From the human T2T-CHM13v2.0 reference genome, Homo sapiens, in assembly GCF_009914755.1 (NCBI RefSeq), contig NC_060938.1: DNA of 64,000 nucleotides, one strand, 5' to 3'. Positions 55,140 through 64,000 of the stretch are shown here, piece after piece. Each line of letters starts with the position of its first letter. Within the stretch, counting starts at the first letter, position 1. Both the position numbers and the translations under genes were made by a program. Below the pieces are notes generated by a model. The model was given only the letters and a program-made list of their open reading frames with translations. It had not been told where the DNA came from and did no database searches.

Positions 55140-55199
55140 ATCTTTCTTTTGTATTTACAGGCAAGACTTGTTTTGTTGCCCAGGCTGGAGTGCAGACTC
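55140..55199 (-). mobile_element. Severely 5'-truncated Alu with 12-bp TSD
   Basis: GTTGCCCAGGCTGGAGTGCAG flanked by ACCTATTAATTT at 55128-55139 and 55200-55211. Confidence 0.75.
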
Positions 55200-55549
55200 A
55201 CCTATTAATTTTACAGCATAAAAATGATCAGCCCAATTTATGTAGTCCTATTATCTCTATCAAGGATATTTAGGTCCATGTGGCCTGCGACATAGCTCTA
55301 GTCACTGAGGGAAAAGCGGTGGTTTGTTGAGTTGATGCTGCTTCTTCAGAGCGGAATTTAAACAATCAACTCCTCACCTCACCCAGTCTATTTTTACAAT
55401 TTTGGATGACGCTTGGGAATGCAGTTGCCATTTCTTACATAATGGGAGTTGACTGTGCCGTGAAGGTAACAGGAAGATGTGTAAATTTAAAGCCTGGTTA
55501 CATAACCTGCTGAATTTTAAAAGACTAGAGCCAATCACGTTCTGACATC

Positions 55550-56190
55550 TTGTTTAATTAGTTCTGAATTTATCTTTCGTTGGTTACTTCAAGTTCCCAT
55601 AATTCACTTTCTGCTACAGTAGTCACATACAATAATCTTGATATAGTAAAATAAAAAATAACTAATTTGAAAATGAACCCGACTTCCAGGAGAGGTGAAC
55701 ATTTCTTTGGGGTGAATGGTGGGAAGGGTGGAGACATGGTTGAACACTGAGGTTGTGCTCACAATTGTTTTATTTTAATTAGGGGAACTTCTATATATCC
55801 CTTAAATTTATAAGACACTCCCAATGAGAACCTTGAAGTCACGTAATTAGTTGATAGAACACAACAACAACGATGCTGAAGGTTATTGAGCAGGAATTGC
55901 TATCACAACGTTAGCCTTGCTTTACAACACATTTTTCTACCTGATGAGAAATTAGCCCAGGTGCGCTGATGAGAGCTTGTCAGTTAACCAAAGACCAGGA
56001 AATGGGTACACGTGTTTCTGGAGCAGGGCATGGCTTTGGGATGCTTTGTTAACAAAGTGGCTTCTCACGTCTTCTGGAAAACCCATCAAAATGGGCAAAT
56101 TAAGGACCTCTTAGGAGCACCCGTCTATCCCACATTCCTGGCTAATATTAAAGCGGAACTCAATGCAAACTTAGATAAAATGGAAGTTTA
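55550..56190 (+). mobile_element. ERV1 pol (RNase H) relic, third copy
   Basis: RACQLTKD...GHGFGML...GFLTSSGKPIK at ~55970-56100. Confidence 0.7.
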
Positions 56191-56241
56191 GAGACATGCT
56201 GCACCACTGCCTCAGCTCATCACAGCTGCCTCCTTCCTCAG

Positions 56242-56715
56242 GGTTTCTAAAACTCTCGGGATGTGGGTTTCCACACGGTGTACCTCACACAGTAATAAAT
56301 GGCTGCATCCTCAGTCTTTAGGCAGCTAGTCTGCAGATCCGCCGTGCTGACAGAGGTGTCCATGGAGAAGACAAACCGTGTGTGAATCTGTGGGCATACA
56401 TTGGGTTCACCAGGGTAGGATGATCCATCCCATCCACTCAAGCCCCTGTCCTGGGGTCTGTCGTATCCAATTCATACCATAGGTGATGACAGTTTAACCA
56501 GACACCTTGCAGGAGACCTTCGCCGAGGCCCCAGGCTGCTTCACCTCAGGCCCAGACTGCACCAGCTGCACTCGGGAGTGGGCACCTGTGGAGAGGAGAC
56601 AGCAGTGGGTGAAGTCTCACATGACTGGCCTGGTTTCTCCCTCAGCCCTGGGACTGGGGAGTCCCTTACCTGTTGCTGCTGCCACCAAGAAGAGGATGCT
56701 CCAGGTCCAGTCCAT
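56242..56715 (-). pseudogene. IGHV7-56: VH7 pseudogene: TAA at 56494-56496, CDR2 frameshift; RSS CACCGTG-23-TTAGAAACC; octamer 56811-56818
   Basis: MDWTWSILFLVAAAT leader; [35 protein letters not shown]...RFVFSMDTSVSTADLQTSCLKTEDAAIYYCVR. Confidence 0.95.
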
Positions 56716-57440
56716 GGTGAGGAGCTGTGATCTAGGGGATTCTCCCAAGGAGGGGTGTGGTTGTTGGGTGATGCTCTCACGGCACAGAGATATCTGTATT
56801 AACCTTAGTGATTTGCATATTCACGAAGGATGCTATTGAATAGCCCAATTCCTGAGCCAGGATGAGATAGAGCAAATACATGACAGATGGACGACACAAT
56901 TGTACATGCTGAGGGTTCAAGCCGTAATCCTGTTAGAGGCGATGCGACCCCTACACATCCCTGAACTCTGTGTTGACAGAGCTTCCTCCACTGGAGAACA
57001 AGCTCCCTCAGGACACGCACCTCACTTTGAACCCACATTCGAATGCACCAGGGACAACTTGAGCCATTTCTAGACCTTAATATGTGAATGCGTTATTTTG
57101 GGAATGAGTATGTTTCTCCAAAAATTGCACTTATTTAAAAGAAAGGATCTCTTCTTGACCTCCAGCTGCTTACTATTAAGATATCTAGGGGAGTTTGAAA
57201 TCCCCATTGTAAAAGTGGTTGTCATTACAACATCCAGTTTGATAAATGCTCACAATTGAATAGGATATTTATACAAACAACAGCAGCCCTTGTGAAATAC
57301 TTATTTTAGATATTTTCAAAGGAAGTCCCAGGCCCTGAGAGGAACCCCTCCCCAGCCTCCTGTGCACCTGCTCTGGGGCGGGAGACTGTGCTGCGTTTAT
57401 CCTGAGCACCCCCTGCAGCCCAGCCCCTACCATGCACGAG

Positions 57441-57766
57441 GCTTTCTGTCTAAACTTACAGAGTATATTCATACCAGTGTCTCTAGCCCAGTATAAAGTG
57501 GCTGTGCCGTGGCTCAGAATTCTCCTTTAGTGACAGCATGTGCTTCTCACACCATCTTTTGAAATAGTGAATTGCCCTTAGGAAACCCAGAGAACTCTGC
57601 AGGGAGACCTGAAGAAAAGATCTCAGGCATCACCGGGGAGCCCCTTCCTGGAGCTCTAGAGGCACTGAATCACTGGACACACGGTAAACCCAAACACTCT
57701 TCAGGGGTTTGGGGAGATTCTTGTTTCCTTTAGGGTCAGGCAGTTGATTATTGCACCTGAGACTAC
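57441..57766 (-). pseudogene. Highly decayed full-length VH exon relic with RSS remnant (no name recognised)
   Basis: Acceptor then CAGGTGCAA at 57759; FR2 GCTCCAGGAAGGGGCT at 57639-57654; FR3 TTCACTATTTCAAAAGAT; end TACTGGGCTAGAGA; CACTGGT-23-ACAGAAAGC. Confidence 0.75.
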
Positions 57767-57827
57767 CTGCAGGTGCAGGTGCATGTGGATAGAAGCCCAC
57801 TCCAACTCTAGTATTCAAATCACACCT

Positions 57828-57852
57828 ACACACACACACACACACACACACA
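57828..57852. repeat. (CA)n microsatellite
   Basis: Direct reading. Confidence 0.9.
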
Positions 57853-60309
57853 GTGGCTAATTTTTACATTAATTGGCCCCATGTTTTTCCTTTTTTTCTG
57901 GTATTCATGTCATGGAAAGCACTCCCTACACTGACACTAAGGCTGAGTATGTGTTTACTTTCTGCAAATAGAAGTAAAGTAAACAAAATACAAGTGGACA
58001 CCTGGGAAGTGCATGCACATTGAATTCACCTGGTCTCACTTTGGAACCCTGAAGATGCTCCATGAAAAGTAAATTTGAGGCCAATGAGGGTGAAATCATT
58101 TCCTTGGTGCTGAAGTTGCTGGTGTCAGAGGCTTCAAATTGCCATATTTTCTTTAACATTTTTTCTCTGACTTTCCTCCTCAGATAGAGTTTGTGCATTG
58201 CCACGCTCTCATATTTAATCCATATTGACTAAACTGGTGAGACATAATGTGTGGAACACGGAAGCATTACATGTTCTTACAGTTGCATTTTAATTCTGTG
58301 GTGATCTTCTTTCTCTGAGCTGTGCCCGATACAGGAAGTCTCCAGGTGTGAAGCTGATTTTTGCTCTTTTCTGGATGGAACATCACAGGAAAATTTTCTT
58401 AAATGTACCCCTATTGGCTAATTTTACCCATTTTCATGATAAAGTTAGGCTGCTGGCAGGGGCTTCTAATGGGTATGGATTACCTTTCCCCACATACATA
58501 AGGGTGTAAAAATGCCCTTTCCCTGGGTTGTCTGTCTGAAGAAGGTCTGAGTGATTTTATCAGAGATTTGGTCTCCTGGCAATAGAGCCATGAAGGGATC
58601 TGTGTGGATTCTCACCCTGAGGACCTGGAGGTTCCTGGAGGAAAGGGCAATAAGAGTAAGGGGGGTGGAGCTCCCAGAATCTCTCACCCTCATGCTAGTC
58701 CAGACATGCCCTTTATTTATATTTAGTTCAGGTTTTCATATAACAAACCACGCAGCCAGGCTCATTTAAATTATCCATACTCAGTCCATATAGGATCAGC
58801 AGCTGAGTATAACAATCACATTGAACTCAGACAAAACTGGGCCCAATCCAATGTTTACTGTAGCTCAGAACAGCTTTACTGACTCACTGAACTTGGAGAT
58901 TATTTCTTCCCTGAAGGAACTGTGAGGGTTGCTGTGAAGCCTCTGCAGGGTTGGATTTTTTTTTGCATCAGCCTGTCATGCAGGGTATTCTGAATGATGT
59001 AGACCTTTACACTTAGATGGTAATTATTCCTAGTGTTGTGGAAATGGCTGGCAGTCCTCAATTCCGTTAATTCCTTTGGTTCATCTGAGTGTCTACAAGA
59101 ATCTGATGAACCTCAGGACTCTCCTTCATAGAGGACTGCAAAGATTGTCAATAGACTCAGTGCTATGGACAGAGGGAGCTAATGGAAGATTCTCAGTCCA
59201 CTGATATGTTGGGTGAGCAACTTAGGACACATCCAAGAATGAACCATTTTTGTCAATGCCAATCAATATTAAATTCAAAGTCAAGATTTTCAGTAAACTG
59301 GAGTGTAAAATTTTCATGATTCTGGACAATGGGGTCTCAAACTTCATGGTATGCAGAAGAAATGAGCTCATCATGGTTAGACAGAAGCTTCTTTACCTAG
59401 GAAGTTAGTTTTTCAAACTAAAGCACCAGAGACATGGTTTCCTGAGATCTTGTGAAAATTTATCTACTGGAGAAAAAAATCAGAAAAACTGATCTCAAAT
59501 AATTGAAAGAAACCGTATAAGAAATTTTTAACAACACAGCCATGAAACTCCAGCCATGAAACTCCAAAAAACTCCAGTCAATTTTTTGGTTCATGTCTTA
59601 CAACTCAAGAAGCAATGAAGAAATCTGCAAAATTGGAAGCTTTCTCCAACAGAGATCATTTTCCCTAATTGAGCAATAGACCAGTATTTATAAAGAGATA
59701 CTTTTTCATGGGACCTCCAACTTACACAGATTTCTGTGACCTGAAGAATTTTCCCTAAAAGAATCATCCTCTAGACATCTGTGTATGCAAAAATACATTG
59801 TGTATATTTGTGTATGATTAATCTGTACAAGCCTTTGGCATATTGAACAAACTTCATGTAAAGGTGATAACTTTATCACTTACTGTGCACTCACACTTTA
59901 CTTGTTTCAAAAGTTCATCACCCTTGTGATGCAGCAATAGGTGCGTTTGAGAATGTGCTGTTGCTTCAAGTGAACACATTCTAGATCCTCATTTGACTTC
60001 GCGGTTTCATATTGAGTATCGACATACCTATGACTGAAAGCCCAACATTTTTATCCAACTGAGTTTCCTTTTATGATATCATTCTGAACCCTGCTAACAG
60101 CCTCCATCATGCATGCTTCCAATCTTTTGCTTTTGAGGGAGTAAGGGATAAAATTAATCCTTGCTTTAATGTGAGACGCTTTCTTGACTTCTATCATATT
60201 TATTAGAAATTCTCATGGAGAGCCATAATCAAACATTATTTGTTTATGGATCATACCTCAAAACTGAAACTGTTTTTCATAATGGCTATACCACTCTATA
60301 TTTTCACAA

Positions 60310-60592
60310 TTATGGAAAGCAATATAAAGGCACCAAATGAATTAAAACTGGAAATGTTATATGACCAGAAATTCTGCTTTTAGAAATATACCCAAAGCAG
60401 ATGAAATTACCACCTTGTTAAGATAGTTGAATCCTATGTTTATTGAAACACTATTAATCTTAGCCAATATATGGAAACAATCTGAGTGTCAGTAGATAGA
60501 CAAATGGATAAAGACAATGTTGTATTTATACACCATAGAAAACTATTTAATCTTGCAAAACAAGAAGATGCTGCCATTTGCCACAAGATGGA
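60310..60592 (+). mobile_element. L1M 3' ORF2 fragment
   Basis: ATATACCCAAAG...TGGAAACAATCTGAGTGTC...ATGGATAAAGACAATG. Confidence 0.75.
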
Positions 60593-60619
60593 TTCATTCC
60601 CATAACCACTAACAGGGCA

Positions 60620-61026
60620 CACCATCCATTATAGTTCCTCCCTAGGGGATGGCAGATCCTTACTCAGTAGTAAACACTGGCAGTGATGGGAAGTAGACTT
60701 TTATGAACTATTGAATTTTTCAGCATAACATATGAAAGTCTTAAAATATTCTGCTGTGTCCGCATGTGATAAAGTGGAGTCTAATATTAGAGGTAAAATT
60801 AAAAGTGCAGGGATCTTCTAGACACCAAGTCATAGCATGATCATGTCTGTGTACTTGAGGGTGTGGACCATAGGTCATGAATACTAGTTGGAGTGGTTTT
60901 GACAAAAGATGTTCCAGGGATAAAACTTTCTTCAACTGGCCAGAGGCTGCACAGGTGAGGCAGAGGGTCAGTGAGGGCACTTCCAGTCTAGGGCTGACTC
61001 CTGTAGCTGCTCCTAGGACAGGACAC
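60620..61026 (-). pseudogene. Split clan II VH relic: FR1 at 60940-61026, CDR1-FR2 at 60620-60693 (no name recognised)
   Basis: GTCCTGTCCTAGGAGCAGCTACAGGAGTCA...CTCACCTGTGCAGCCTCTGG, then TTCCCATCACTGCCAGTGTTTACTACTGAGTAAGGATCTGCCATCCCCTAGGGAGG. Confidence 0.75.
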
Positions 61027-61329
61027 TTAGAGATATAGAGTCTCAGTCCCTGTCAGTCACGTGCAGTCACAACCATCCCTATAAGTCAGGTCTGACATCT
61101 GAAACACTCAACTTGAAAGCAGTCACTGGGCAAAGGAGAAGAAATAACAATGTCATCACCTTCATGAACACAACTCTGCATTCCTCTCAGATCTTCGCCT
61201 TCTCTAAGGACAAAGTGATTGGCTTTTCCATTCCCAATGTTGACTCTGAAGGCTTGAAGAAAAATCTTGATGTGGCACAGCTTTGCCTTTGCCTTTATAA
61301 GAGAGAGAGACTGAGGTCAGACTCCCCTG

Positions 61330-61820
61330 CATTTGAAAGTTTTATTGTTGTCTCTCTTTCTGGCTGAATTGAAGTACTGCCTTGCCAAAAACCACAGCCA
61401 TTAAGGGTGATGAAGCCTTCTTGATTCTGATGTTTCAACTTGGGACATACGAACTTCTATATCAATTGATTCATGCAAATCTCAGGAGAATAATTACAAA
61501 ATAACTCTCTAATTCATCAGTATTACTCCAATACTAGGCTGTTCTTACTGCCAAAAATCTTCTGGAAAGGTTGATGAAGAAATACATAGTAAATTCAATT
61601 TTAAAATTAAAATTATCAGAACTTTCAGAAACCCCTGAACACCCTTTGCCAAAGGTAGTGCCACTAGTGTGTATAACCTCTAGTTCACTCCTTCAGGGAC
61701 ACAGGCATAATTACCCTATGACTTATATCTGAAGGTCCATGGATGATTTATTTTACCTCCCATATTAGACTGTGCTATATTACATGCAGAACAACAAAAT
61801 ATTTTAAGAGATTGATATTT
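61330..61820 (+). mobile_element. ERV1 integrase core relic
   Basis: IVVSLSG*IEVLPCQK and CSYCQKSSGKVD motifs. Confidence 0.75.
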
Positions 61821-61822
61821 GC

Positions 61823-62790
61823 TGTATTAGTCTGTTTTCACACTGCTAATAAAGACATACATGAGACTGAGTAATTTATAGAGGAAAAAGTTTAATGGAC
61901 TTACAGTTACACATGGCTTGGGAGGCCTCCACATCATGGTGGAAGGCAAGGAGGAGCAAGTTTTATCTTACATGGAGATGGCAGCAGACAAAGAGAGGGC
62001 AGGGAACTCCCGTTTTTTAAAACCATCAGATCTCATGAGAGTCATCCACTATCACAATAACGCACAAAGAAGAACTCCCTCCATGATTTAATCACCTCCC
62101 ACTGGGTTTCTCCCACGACACGTGGGAATTGTGGGAGATACAATTCAAGATGAGATTTGTGCAGGGACACAGCCAAACCATATGATTCCAACACTGGCGC
62201 CTCTTAAATCTAATGTCCTTACGTTTCAAAACCATTCATGACTTTCCAACAGGCCCCTGAAGTCTTAACTCATTTGAGCCCCAACTCAAAAGTCCACAGC
62301 CCATGGTCTTTTCTGAGACAAGGCAACTCCCTTCCATCTATGAGCCTGTAAAATAAAAAACAAGCAAGTTACTTCCTAGGTACAATGGGGGTTCAGGCAT
62401 TGTGTAAATACAGCCATTGCAAATGGGAGAAATTGGTCCAAACTGCAGGCCACGTGCAAGTCTGAAATCCAGCTGGGCAGTCAAATCTTAACGTTCCAAA
62501 ATAGTCTTCTTTGACTCCATGTCTCAAATCCAGGTTACCGGATGCAACTGGTGGGTTCCCATGGTCTTGGACAGTTCTGCCCTTGTGGCTTTGCAGGGCA
62601 CAATCTCCCTTCTGGCTACACTCATGGGCTGTCACTGAGTGTTTCTGGCTCTTCCAGGCACACTGTGCAAGCTGTCAGTGGATCTACCATTCTGGGTTCT
62701 GAAGGATGGTGGCTTTCTTCCTACAGTTCCATTAGGTGGTAACCAAGTAGAGACTTTGTGTGGGATTTCTGACCCAGCATTTCCCTGTCG
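61823..62790 (-). mobile_element. THE1 LTR (61823-62185) plus THE1 internal fragment
   Basis: TGTATTAGTCTGTTTTCACACTGCT...GGGACACAGCCAAACCATAT, then THE1-int text (CCAAAATAGTCTTCTTTGACTCCATGTCTC). Confidence 0.9.
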
Positions 62791-62792
62791 CA

Positions 62793-63422
<630 letters not shown>

Positions 63423-64000
63423 TGTTTCATATTATTCTAATTATTTAACTGAATTTAAATTGTGTTTACAGTTTGAGGTTGTAGTACAAAATGATGCTTT
63501 TCTACGTGTATGTCTGCCTCTACCAATATTAAAAAGACAAATATATTTAAATACGTGTTTTGGTAAAAATGTATGTAAATGCCATTCTTGTCAAATACAT
63601 CACTTAAATGTGCAATGGAATTTATTTTAAATATCTTCTGTTTTTAATAAATTGAATAACCAATAAGACAAACGTCACCTTTAAAATTGTATTATATTAT
63701 TTGTTGAATTTACATTGTAGTTTTCAAACTAGGCAGGAAAAATTGTTTTATTTGAAAAGTTTTGAAAGAAAACTTTTTTGGCATGAATATTCAATACAAA
63801 CTCTAATCTTAATTGCCAGTATTCCTTTAAAATAGAGAAGATCCAGCAATATGAAACTGAACACAGCCCATGATTTCCAGGACTCACTCACAATGGCATC
63901 TTCCTAGAGGGTGGTCTTAGAGAGTCTAAGCACATGGGGATTTGAACGTCATCATCAAAGCACTAGTGAGCCCCAGGGCTGAGCACACACAGGGAAGCAG

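Overview
Human immunoglobulin heavy-chain variable (IGHV) locus on 14q32.33, in germline (unrearranged) configuration, with all V genes on the minus strand. Gene order: IGHV3-49 (functional), IGHV(II)-49-1, IGHV3-50, IGHV5-51 (functional), IGHV8-51-1/(III)-51-1, IGHV(II)-51-2, IGHV3-52, IGHV3-53 (functional), IGHV(II)-53-1, IGHV3-54, IGHV4-55, IGHV7-56. Names come from recalled IMGT translations and gene order, not from a database search. Leader exons, introns, octamers, 23-RSSs and RSS-flanking CTCF motifs were read directly. The rest is L1, Alu, LTR13, MaLR, HERV-L and old ERV1 relics. I found no convincing new protein-coding system. The most notable observations are: (1) two decayed V-gene relics (~57.5 kb and ~60.6-61.0 kb) that I cannot match to a named gene; (2) three short templated or captured insertions (a copy of the IGHV3-50 intron, an inverted copy upstream of IGHV3-53, and a 43-nt young-L1 piece inside HERV-L); (3) a decayed ~19-bp tandem array whose unit is the RSS-adjacent CTCF motif; (4) an ERV1 pol relic that was duplicated together with the VH cassettes.
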